Part shown: positions 1 to 8,025 of the stretch, one piece after another
How the letters are laid out: each line of letters opens with the position of its first letter
How positions within the stretch are numbered: the stretch's first letter is position 1
From: Candidatus Multivoradales bacterium
GTDB lineage: Bacteria; Acidobacteriota; Thermoanaerobaculia; Multivoradales; JAHEKO01
Direction of reading: 5' to 3'
NCBI GenBank assembly: GCA_965223855.1
Contig: CBDCXM010000009.1
Coordinates: 2,656,001 to 2,720,000, forward strand
Length of the DNA: 64,000 nucleotides
The notes under the pieces: model-generated
The model's input: only the letters and a program-made list of their open reading frames with translations
The model's database searches: none
What the model was told of the DNA's origin: nothing
Position numbers and translations under genes: made by a program

Positions 1-1055
1 AACCAGCCGGGGCTCTCGAGCTCCCCGACCTCGTGATCCACCGGGATCGTCACCTCACAGGTTCCGGTCTCGAGCTCACCCCGGTCGCTGCCGTAGAAGG
101 CGGCCGGATCCTGAGCACCGGTCCGGCGCCGGCTGGTGCCGTAGAAGACCGTCACCGTTTCAAAGGTAGCGACGCCGGGGAGCGTCTGCTGGTGACTCAT
201 CTGCTGGAACCGCGGTTCGATCGGCACGAAGGCGTCGCGGCAGATCGGATCCTGAAACAGGATGCCGGAGAACTCCCGTCGGCCGATTCCGTCGCACTCC
301 CAGCCGACCGGAGCGCGATTCGCCTGGACGGGGGAGGTCTCCCCGAGGGTCAGGTTCTTCCCCTGGCCCGGCGGCCTTTGCGGTCCCACTTCGCAGTGAA
401 AGCGCACCGGCAGCTCGACCGGCTGCGACCGCGCGACGCTCGTGCCGCCGGCATCGAAGAGCTCGGCCCGCAGGCTCACGCCGTTGAAAGGAACCTGGGC
501 GAGACGCGACTCGAGCCGCTCCCGTCGCGCGAGGCGTTCGGCGACCGCCTGCTCGTCGAGCAGCGGTGACGACGGTCGTCGCAGGGCGGCGATCTCCGCG
601 AGCACCGCGACGATGCGCGGATGGGTCTCCGGTGCCCCGACCCACGGCAGCGCCCGGGGGAGAGTCGCCGAGTAGCGATCGGCCGCGATCGGGTCGGCCC
701 GGACGAAGTACTCCTCCGGAGGTTCGATCCCCAGCCTGGAGAAATGGAGCAGGACGGAACTGCCGGGTACGTTGCCGGTGACGGCGATCTCTACGACCCC
801 ATTCTGCTCGAGCGGCAGGCAGTCGATGTCGGCGATGGCCACCGAGGTCGGTGGAACCAGTGTGAGTTCGAGCGCCTGCGGCGGCAGGGTAGCCACTTCG
901 AGGAGTTCCGGCTGGAGGAGAACGACCCGACCGGAAGGCGCCTCGTCTCGAGGCTGTGCCTGGCCGGCTGCCGGATGCCACAGCAGGCACAACACGAACG
1001 CGGCGAGCCGTGATCTTCCGGCGGGCGGGTGTCGTCTTCGCGGGGGATCGGGCAT
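1..1055 (-). CDS. Secreted alpha/beta hydrolase (DUF900-like) with long N-terminal extension; partial, runs off the window start
   Basis: Manual translation from ATG 1055 is open to position 1. It has a signal-peptide-like start (RLAAFVLCLLWHPAAGQA) and ends in VFYGTSRR...FYGSDRGELETGTCEVTIPVDHEVGELESP, typical of the start of DUF900 domains. Not in the ORF track. Confidence 0.7.
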   Translation of the reverse strand, partial: MPDPPRRRHPPAGRSRLAAFVLCLLWHPAAGQAQPRDEAPSGRVVLLQPELLEVATLPPQALELTLVPPTSVAIADIDCLPLEQNGVVEIAVTGNVPGSSVLLHFSRLGIEPPEEYFVRADPIAADRYSATLPRALPWVGAPETHPRIVAVLAEIAALRRPSSPLLDEQAVAERLARRERLESRLAQVPFNGVSLRAELFDAGGTSVARSQPVELPVRFHCEVGPQRPPGQGKNLTLGETSPVQANRAPVGWECDGIGRREFSGILFQDPICRDAFVPIEPRFQQMSHQQTLPGVATFETVTVFYGTSRRRTGAQDPAAFYGSDRGELETGTCEVTIPVDHEVGELESPGW

Positions 1056-1199
1056 GGCTGTCTGCGTGCTCCCTTCACCGGCACCGGGGGGATCTCCCCC
1101 GCTTCGCGGGTCCGTGCCGGTACAGAAGGAGGCGCTGCTGGAGGTCGCTTCGTTACGCCACACCTCGCGCCTTCGCGCGCGTTGTATCCTCGCCCCGCC

Positions 1200-2924
1200 A
1201 TGCGCAACGGAAAGTCCCGTCGTTTCTCGTCGATCGATCGTCTGCCCGGGGTCCGGCCGACCGCAGCGGCAGCTCTGCTCCTCGCTGCTTCCGCAGCGGG
1301 CGCTCAACTTCTTCCTCCCCCGGATCCGCCGGGCAACCCGACCACGGTGGCGAAGGCGAATCTCGGCAAGGCGCTTTTCTGGGACGAGCAGCTCTCCTCG
1401 ACCCGGACCGTCGCGTGCGGCACCTGTCATCTGCCGGAGGTCGCCGGCGTCGATCCGCGCTCCCAGATCAGCCCGCTCGCCGTTCATCCGGGGGCGGACG
1501 GCGCCTTCGGTACGGACGACGATGTGCTCGGTTCTCCGGGTGTGCCGCTCACGGACGCGACCGGGACCTACCTGATGAGTCCGTCGTTCGGCCTCGTCGA
1601 GCAGGCGACGGGACGGCGCGCGAATTCGGCGCTCAACGCCGGCTATTCCGCGACCCTCTTCTGGGACGGGCGCGCTGCTGACGAGTTCCGCGATCCGATC
1701 ACCGACGTGGTGGTGCTGCCGAGCGGTGCCGCCCTGGAGTCGCAGGCGGCGGGCCCGGTCGTGAGCGACGTCGAGATGGGGCACGTGGCCCGCGACTGGG
1801 CGGAGGCGGTCGTTCGCCTCGATACGGTCGAGCCGCTCGCTCTCTCTACCGAGGTGCCGCCGGCGCTGGTCGATTGGATCGCCGGTCGCAGCTACGCCCA
1901 GCTCTTCGGCGAGGCCTTCGGCACCGAGGACGTGACGGCAGCCCGAGCGGCGATGGCGATGGCGGCCTACGAGCGGACTTTGGTGACGAACCAGAGCCCG
2001 TTCGACGACTTCCTCTCGACCGGCGGTGGCCTGACCCCGGAAGAGGTTGCCGGTCGCGGAGTGTTCCTCGCCTCGAGCTGCGACCGCTGTCACGAGTTCG
2101 AGCGTCTGACCGACGATGAGTTTCACTACACCGGGGTCCGGCCGCCCGGCGACGACGAAGGGCGCTTCGCCGTGACCGCAGACCCCGACGACCTCGGGCG
2201 CATGAAGACTCCGGGACTGCGCAACATCGAGCTTCGAAACGCCTTCATGCACAACGGGCGCTTCGAGTCTCTGGAGGACGTCGTCGATTTCTACGACCGC
2301 GGAGGCGACTTCGACGCCCCCAACAAGGATCCACTGGTGCGTGTGCTCAACCTGTCGCCGGTCGAGAAGGCGCAGCTGGTCGCGTTCCTGAGCCGCCCGC
2401 TCACCGACCCGCGCGTCGCAGCAGGTGCCGCGCCGTTCGACCGCCCGACCCTCTACAGCGAGTCCGATCGCGTACCGACGGTCGAGGGGAGCGGCATCCC
2501 GGGAGCCGGTGCTCTGGAGCCGGTGATGGTCGGGCTCGAGCCCCCGCTGCTGGGCAATCCCGGCTTCACGGTCGCCGTCTACGACGCGCTCGGCGGTGCG
2601 CCGGCGCTCCTGGTGATCGACGAAGCCGATCCCGGCCTGGTGCCGCCGTCGAGCGGAGAGCTCGCCTTCGAGGCGATCACCCTCGGTGGAGCAGGGGCGG
2701 GTGGCGGCTTCGGTTCCGCCACGGTGATGCTGCCGGCGACGCCGTCGTGGCACGGCCGTCGTTGGTTCGGCCGCTGGTACGTGACCGACCCCTCTGCGGC
2801 GGGAGGCTTCGCGGTTTCGCCCCTGCTCAGGTTCCGCACCTTCCTCGCCGGCACCGGGGGCGAGATCTTCAGCGACGGCTTCGAGAGTGGCGATACGACC
2901 TCCTGGTCGAACGTCGTCAACTGA
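1200..2924 (+). CDS. Di-heme cytochrome c peroxidase/MauG family protein with extra C-terminal domain and FESGD tail
   Basis: Heme motifs CGTCH and CDRCH; LGKALFWD, LFWDGRA and KTPGLRNI..FMHNG motifs; signal peptide. Confidence 0.9.
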   Translation: MRNGKSRRFSSIDRLPGVRPTAAAALLLAASAAGAQLLPPPDPPGNPTTVAKANLGKALFWDEQLSSTRTVACGTCHLPEVAGVDPRSQISPLAVHPGADGAFGTDDDVLGSPGVPLTDATGTYLMSPSFGLVEQATGRRANSALNAGYSATLFWDGRAADEFRDPITDVVVLPSGAALESQAAGPVVSDVEMGHVARDWAEAVVRLDTVEPLALSTEVPPALVDWIAGRSYAQLFGEAFGTEDVTAARAAMAMAAYERTLVTNQSPFDDFLSTGGGLTPEEVAGRGVFLASSCDRCHEFERLTDDEFHYTGVRPPGDDEGRFAVTADPDDLGRMKTPGLRNIELRNAFMHNGRFESLEDVVDFYDRGGDFDAPNKDPLVRVLNLSPVEKAQLVAFLSRPLTDPRVAAGAAPFDRPTLYSESDRVPTVEGSGIPGAGALEPVMVGLEPPLLGNPGFTVAVYDALGGAPALLVIDEADPGLVPPSSGELAFEAITLGGAGAGGGFGSATVMLPATPSWHGRRWFGRWYVTDPSAAGGFAVSPLLRFRTFLAGTGGEIFSDGFESGDTTSWSNVVN

Positions 2925-2939
2925 GGGGAGACACAGAGG

Positions 2940-3590
2940 ATGCCGGGATTCACCTGCGAGGTGTGCGGGGAGCGTTTCGAGGTACCTCCCTCGGCGTTGG
3001 CGAAGTACCCCGGCTGGACGCCTCGCTATTGCCGACGCCACTCGCCGGGGAAGAAGCAGGCATCGGGCACCAAGGGCCGAAAGGCACGGGCAAGGCGCTC
3101 CACTCGTGAGGAGAATCTGACGCGCGCCGAGGTCCTGGAGCGCTACAGCGAAGGGCCGGGGAGCGGCGTCTTCACCGACGGCAGCGCCATCCCCAATCCC
3201 GGTCCGGGAGGGTGGGGGTTCGTGTGGGTCGAGGACGGAAAGATCGTGCGTGAGGGGCATGGACACGAGGCGGAGACGACCAACAACCGGATGGAGCTCG
3301 CCGCGCTCCTGGCCGCCTTCGAGGCGCTCCCGGAGGACGCCGAAACGACGGTCTACTCCGACAGCCGGTTGTGCGTCGACACCATCACTCGCTGGGCGCC
3401 CGGCTGGGAGCGCAACGGCTGGAAGCGCAAGGGATCGCCGCTCAAGAACCTCGACCTGGTGCGCCCGCTGCTCGCCATCTACCGGCGGCATCCGAGCTGC
3501 CGGCTCGAGTGGATCGCCGCACATTCTGGGTACCGCTGGAACGAGTACGCGGACTCACTGGCGACCGTCTGGCTTCGGCAAGGCGACTGA
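2940..3590 (+). CDS. rnhA: Ribonuclease HI with N-terminal zinc-ribbon-like domain
   Basis: FTDGS..NPGPGGWG, TTNNRMEL, YSDS, KNLDL, AHSG..WNEYADSLA; N-terminal CEVC...CRRH. Confidence 0.92.
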   Translation: MPGFTCEVCGERFEVPPSALAKYPGWTPRYCRRHSPGKKQASGTKGRKARARRSTREENLTRAEVLERYSEGPGSGVFTDGSAIPNPGPGGWGFVWVEDGKIVREGHGHEAETTNNRMELAALLAAFEALPEDAETTVYSDSRLCVDTITRWAPGWERNGWKRKGSPLKNLDLVRPLLAIYRRHPSCRLEWIAAHSGYRWNEYADSLATVWLRQGD

Positions 3591-3638
3591 TCGAGTGGCT
3601 GCCCGGGCGGTGGGCGCGGACTGCTAGGCTCGACGTTC

Positions 3639-4154
3639 ATGGACGATCTCAAGCGGTTCATCCGGGAGGTGCCCGACTTCCCGAAGCCTGGAATCCTCTT
3701 CTACGACATCACGACCCTGCTCAAGGATCCCGGTGCTCTGCGGCAGACGGTCGATCGCTTCGTCTGGCTGTTTGCGTCGCTCGACGTCGACAAGGTGGTG
3801 GGGATCGACGCGCGCGGCTTCATTCTGGCGCCGATCGTGGCGTACAACCTGAACGCCGGCTTTGTCCCGGTGCGCAAGCCGGGCAAGCTACCGGCGGCGA
3901 CGGCCACCGAGGCCTACGATCTCGAATACGGATCCGACGAGGTCGAGGTCCACGACGACGCGATCCAGCCGGGAGAGAGGGTGCTGATCGTCGACGATCT
4001 GCTGGCGACAGGCGGCACCTCCGCGGCGACCGCTCAGCTCGTGGAGCAACTGGGAGGAGAGGTCCTCGCCCTCGGCTTTCTTTGCGAGCTGACGTTTCTC
4101 GACGGCCGGGAGCGACTCGGCGATCGGCGTATCGAGGCGCTGATCCGGTACTGA
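3639..4154 (+). CDS. apt: Adenine phosphoribosyltransferase
   Basis: PDFPKPGILFYDIT, ARGF, RKPGKLP, YDLEYG, IVDDLLATGGT. Confidence 0.97.
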   Translation: MDDLKRFIREVPDFPKPGILFYDITTLLKDPGALRQTVDRFVWLFASLDVDKVVGIDARGFILAPIVAYNLNAGFVPVRKPGKLPAATATEAYDLEYGSDEVEVHDDAIQPGERVLIVDDLLATGGTSAATAQLVEQLGGEVLALGFLCELTFLDGRERLGDRRIEALIRY

Positions 4155-4157
4155 GCG

Positions 4158-4619
4158 ATGCGGATCCTCAGGATGCTGGCTGTAGGCGGCTGGGCCTTGT
4201 GGATGGGCGCCTGCTCGGCGGACACTGCGCCCCAGATCTCGCAGAAGCTCGAGCCGGTACGCCGCACCGGCACGGCGGATCTCGAGGCCGTGGACGCGGT
4301 CGAGGCGGCGCGCAAGCAGCTCGATGAGTGGGCTCAGGAGGCAGCCGCCACTCGGCGTCGCGGAGAAGACCTGGCCGGGGACGATCCGGTGATCGACGGT
4401 CGCGCAGAAGAGCAGATCGAAGTGATCTGGAGCGAAGCGACGGACGGGCGGGCGGATCCCGAGCTGCGGCAGGTCTTCGCGACTCTGGCGCTGGCCCATG
4501 AAGAGCGGCTCAGGGTTCTGGTCGGCGGCAGGAAGTTCCGCGAGAAGGCCTACACGCGTGCCGATCGCAAGACGACGGAGATCGCCTTCGGCCTGAGGCA
4601 CTGGCGCGCCCGTCGCTGA
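4158..4619 (+). CDS. Hypothetical lipoprotein
   Basis: Fills the gap between apt and the HD gene (3- and 4-nt spacers); lipobox-like WMGA-C. Confidence 0.6.
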   Translation: MRILRMLAVGGWALWMGACSADTAPQISQKLEPVRRTGTADLEAVDAVEAARKQLDEWAQEAAATRRRGEDLAGDDPVIDGRAEEQIEVIWSEATDGRADPELRQVFATLALAHEERLRVLVGGRKFREKAYTRADRKTTEIAFGLRHWRARR

Positions 4620-4623
4620 GCCG

Positions 4624-5337
4624 ATGGTGGAGGCTTCGGCAGACCGACGACCGGCGGTCGAGGAGCTGCGGCAGCGTGTGGAAGCGGACCCGCCGCTCCA
4701 CGAGCTCGCAGAGCGAGTGGAGACGCTCTACGAGGGCGACCTGGCCGGCGACCCGGCACACGACCTGGCGCACTCGTGGCGCGTGGCCGTCTGGACCTGC
4801 CGGCTCGGCGGCGACGAGGTCGACTGGCGCCTTGCCGTGGCCGCCGCGCTGCTGCACGACATCGACAACCCGCCGAAGGACGCCCCCGAGGCCGCGACGG
4901 CGGCCGATCGCTCCGCGGCTCTCGCCCGTCGCTGGCTGCCCGAGATCGGTTTCGAGGCCGAGTCGGTCGAGGAAGTGGCGGGTGCCATCCGCGATCACAG
5001 CTACCGCCGGGGTGCTCGCCCGGCGACGCCGCTCGGCCGGGCGCTCCAGGACGCCGACCGGCTGGAGGCGCTCGGTGTGCTCGGCTGGATGCGGGCGGTC
5101 GCCTGCGGCACGCGTCTGGGATCGAGCTTCGTCGACCCGGAGGACCCCTGGGCCGGGCGCAGAGCACTCGACGACCGCCGCTACATGGTCGATCACTATT
5201 TCGTGAAGCTCGCCCGCCTCGCTCCGACCTTGTCGACCGCAGCCGGCCGTCGCGAGGCCGCCCGGCGACACGACACCCTCGCGATGCTGCTGCGGAGCCT
5301 CGGCGAAGAGCTCGAGTTCGACCCGTTTCCGGGCTAG
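4624..5337 (+). CDS. HD-domain phosphohydrolase (YedJ-like)
   Basis: AHDLAHSWRV, LLHDI, DHSY, LQDADRLEALG, DHYFVKL. Confidence 0.88.
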   Translation: MVEASADRRPAVEELRQRVEADPPLHELAERVETLYEGDLAGDPAHDLAHSWRVAVWTCRLGGDEVDWRLAVAAALLHDIDNPPKDAPEAATAADRSAALARRWLPEIGFEAESVEEVAGAIRDHSYRRGARPATPLGRALQDADRLEALGVLGWMRAVACGTRLGSSFVDPEDPWAGRRALDDRRYMVDHYFVKLARLAPTLSTAAGRREAARRHDTLAMLLRSLGEELEFDPFPG

Positions 5338-5347
5338 CCCTTTGTTC

Positions 5348-6541
5348 TCACACCGCTGCGGCCCGGCGCGGTCGGGCTCGGCGGCGATGTCGCAGCCAGA
5401 CCGACAGAGCGAGGATCGCTCCTGCCGGTACCAGCGCGCAGAGGTTCATCGCCCGCCAGCCGATCGTCGCGTGGAGCGTCCCGGACGTCGTCGCGGCGAC
5501 GGTCACGCTACCGAACACCAGCAGGTCGTTGAGACCCTGCGCGCGTGCCTTTTCCGACGGTTGCGCGACGGAAGCGACGAGCGAACTGGCTGCCACGAAG
5601 AGCAGGCTCCAGCCGACGCCGAGGGCGGCTAGGGCGAAGCGGAAGTGCCCCAGCCCTTCCCCCGCCAGATTGGTCGCGGCGCTCGCCACCAGGAGTGTGG
5701 CGCCGAGAATCATGATCGCCGTCTCCCCCCACCGCTCGACGAGCAGGCCCGCGAAGAGCGCCGGGGCGAACATTCCCACCAGGTGCCACTGAATCACCCC
5801 GGCGGTCGAGTGGAAGGCGAACCCGCGCGCTCCCATGGCGAGCGGCGTCGCGGTCATGAGCCAGCTCATGCAGGAGTAGGCGACGACACCGCCGAGGACG
5901 GCGACGACGAAGGACGGCTGTCGGGCGAGCTGTGAGAGCGATCGACCGCCGCTCGCGCTCTCCTCGGCCAACGGGCGGGGGAGGTCGATACCGGCGAGTA
6001 CGGCGAGTGCCAGCAGCTGCAGCGCAGCGAGGGCGAGGAAGCTGCCGAAGAACTCGATCTCACCGATCGCCCTGCGGGTGACGCTGGCGAGATTGGGCCC
6101 CAGGAAGGCGGCGACCAGTCCGCCGGCGAGCACCCAGGAGATCGCCCTCGGGCGCTCGTGTGTCGCCACGACGTCGGCGGCGGCGAAACGATAGAACTGA
6201 GCGACTCCGGCCAGAACTCCGAGCAGCACGGTCGCGAGGCAGAAGGCCGGGAAGCTGTCGTTCCTCAGCGCTCCGGCGGCCGTCAGTCCACCCGCTGCGC
6301 CGACGCCGAGGCCGAGAGCGAAGACGGGCCGCCGTCCCCACCGCCGCATCAGCAGCGAGGCCGGCATCGCCGTGACCGAGGCCGAGAGGAACTGCAGGCC
6401 GGCCGGCAGGGTGGCGAGACGGGGGTCGGGGGCGAGCGCCAGGCCGACCAGAGCCGAGACCGCCACCACCAGCGAGCTGCCGGTGACGAAGATCGCCTGG
6501 CAGGTTGCCAGGAGCAGGACCGTCGAGCGGCTGCGCATCAT
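5348..6541 (-). CDS. MFS transporter
   Basis: About 12 hydrophobic segments; LMRRWGRR loop, FYRFAAAD, AISWVLAGG; ATGA overlap with the upstream gene. Confidence 0.9.
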   Translation of the reverse strand: MMRSRSTVLLLATCQAIFVTGSSLVVAVSALVGLALAPDPRLATLPAGLQFLSASVTAMPASLLMRRWGRRPVFALGLGVGAAGGLTAAGALRNDSFPAFCLATVLLGVLAGVAQFYRFAAADVVATHERPRAISWVLAGGLVAAFLGPNLASVTRRAIGEIEFFGSFLALAALQLLALAVLAGIDLPRPLAEESASGGRSLSQLARQPSFVVAVLGGVVAYSCMSWLMTATPLAMGARGFAFHSTAGVIQWHLVGMFAPALFAGLLVERWGETAIMILGATLLVASAATNLAGEGLGHFRFALAALGVGWSLLFVAASSLVASVAQPSEKARAQGLNDLLVFGSVTVAATTSGTLHATIGWRAMNLCALVPAGAILALSVWLRHRRRARPRRAAAV

Positions 6542-8025
6542 GCGCCACCGACCGGCCGCTCGACTCCCGCCGGCAGCTCGGCCTCGGCCTCGATCTCGAC
6601 GAGGTAGTCGTCCCCGATCGGCCCGGCCTCGACGAGGGTGTTCGCCGGGCGGATGTCGGCGAAGCGCTCTCCGTGGACCCTGGCGACCGCTTCGGTGTCG
6701 GCGGCGTCGGCGACATAGATCCTCGTGCGGACGACGTCCCGCAGCCGGCTGCCGAAACAGCGCAGAGCGCCTTCGATCTTGTCGAGGACGAACTGGGCCT
6801 GAGACGCCGGGTCGCGGCCGCCGACGACACGGTCTCCGTGGGTGGCGGTCGTACCGGAGACGAACACCCGGCGACCGCGACGGGTCGCCCGGCTGTAGCC
6901 GCCGATCGCTTCCCAGTCGGTCCCGCTGTCGATGCGCGCTCCCCGGTCCGACTCGACCACCTCCCACGGTGGCGGGAAGTTCTCGACATGGTCGCTCAGG
7001 TCGCCGGCGGCAGTCAGGTACGGGGGGCGCCGATACTCGTCGCCGCAGTCGCCGGGGATCGGATCGAGGGTGGCGATCGCGCCGTCCAACGCTTCGCGGT
7101 CCGCATCGTCGAGTGAGAACCCGAACACCCGCAGGGTGTCGTCGAGGTGATCGGTTCGTCCCGGGCGGGCACCGACGAGAATGCCGCCGACGGCGGTTTC
7201 GTCGAGGATGGCACGCATTGCGACGTCGGCGATCGAGACACCGTGCCTGCGGCCGACGGTTGCGGCGGCTTTGAGGACTCTCTGCAGCCCCTCCCAGCCG
7301 CCTGCCTCCTCGATGAAGCGGCGGTACTTCTGCTGCGACCAGGTGTCGAGTTCGGTCGGCTCCTCGCGGTCGAGCCAGCGGTCGGTCAGGAAGCCTCCGG
7401 CCAGAGTTCCGTAGGCGAGGAGCGACACGCCTCGTTCGCGGGCGAGCTCGCTCATCCGCCCCGCTGCGCGGCGGTCGAGCAGCGAGAAGGAGACCTGGTT
7501 GGAGACCATCGGATAGCCGCTCTCGAGCAGCAGCGCGAGGTGAGCGGTGTCGCAGTTCGTCATGCCGAGATGCCGGATCCGGCCGGCCTCGCGCAGGCGG
7601 CAGAGATGATCGAGCGCGTCCAGGTAGCTCGGATCCCAGTAGTTCCAGGCGTGGAACTGGAGCAGGTCGAGGGTGTCGGTCTCGAGGCGGCGGCAGGCGC
7701 GATCGATCGCCTCCTCCGCGTCGGCACGAGAGACGGGCCCCGGTTGGGGCACCCACTTGGTGAGGCGCTCGACCCCGCTGGGCCTCTTCCGGCCGAGGCG
7801 CCCGGCGACGACCTCGGCCGAGCCGTAGTGGTCCGCCATGTCGAAGCTCGTCATCCCCGCCTCGACCCGGGGGAGTAGTGCCTCGGCAGCAGCTTCCGGA
7901 TCCAGAGGCGCGCCGTCGCGCTCCATGTCCGCCACCTGCCAGAGGCCGGTCACGACCCGACTGATTTCGAGGCCTGGCGCGATCTCACGGCGCTCGACGC
8001 CGGGCCGTTCCGACGCGGCGCTCAA
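6538..8025 (-). CDS. Aldo/keto reductase fused to a C-terminal Rid (YjgF/YER057c/UK114) domain
   Basis: AKR motifs GLWQ, FDMADHYG, LTKWVP, LLQFHAW, SNQVSFSLLD; Rid motifs GYSRA..VFVSGTT, DVVRTRIYV, RPANT, LVEIEAEA. TTG start overlaps the APC stop. Confidence 0.88.
   Translation of the reverse strand: MSAASERPGVERREIAPGLEISRVVTGLWQVADMERDGAPLDPEAAAEALLPRVEAGMTSFDMADHYGSAEVVAGRLGRKRPSGVERLTKWVPQPGPVSRADAEEAIDRACRRLETDTLDLLQFHAWNYWDPSYLDALDHLCRLREAGRIRHLGMTNCDTAHLALLLESGYPMVSNQVSFSLLDRRAAGRMSELARERGVSLLAYGTLAGGFLTDRWLDREEPTELDTWSQQKYRRFIEEAGGWEGLQRVLKAAATVGRRHGVSIADVAMRAILDETAVGGILVGARPGRTDHLDDTLRVFGFSLDDADREALDGAIATLDPIPGDCGDEYRRPPYLTAAGDLSDHVENFPPPWEVVESDRGARIDSGTDWEAIGGYSRATRRGRRVFVSGTTATHGDRVVGGRDPASQAQFVLDKIEGALRCFGSRLRDVVRTRIYVADAADTEAVARVHGERFADIRPANTLVEAGPIGDDYLVEIEAEAELPAGVERPVGGA

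Noticed and set aside
2940-3590. RNase H as part of a retron or retroelement
   Set aside because: No reverse transcriptase or integrase in the window; housekeeping context.
5329-5340. CCGGGCTAGC shared with the hairpin at 38815
   Set aside because: A 10-mer match at stop-codon junctions in GC-rich DNA is plausibly chance.
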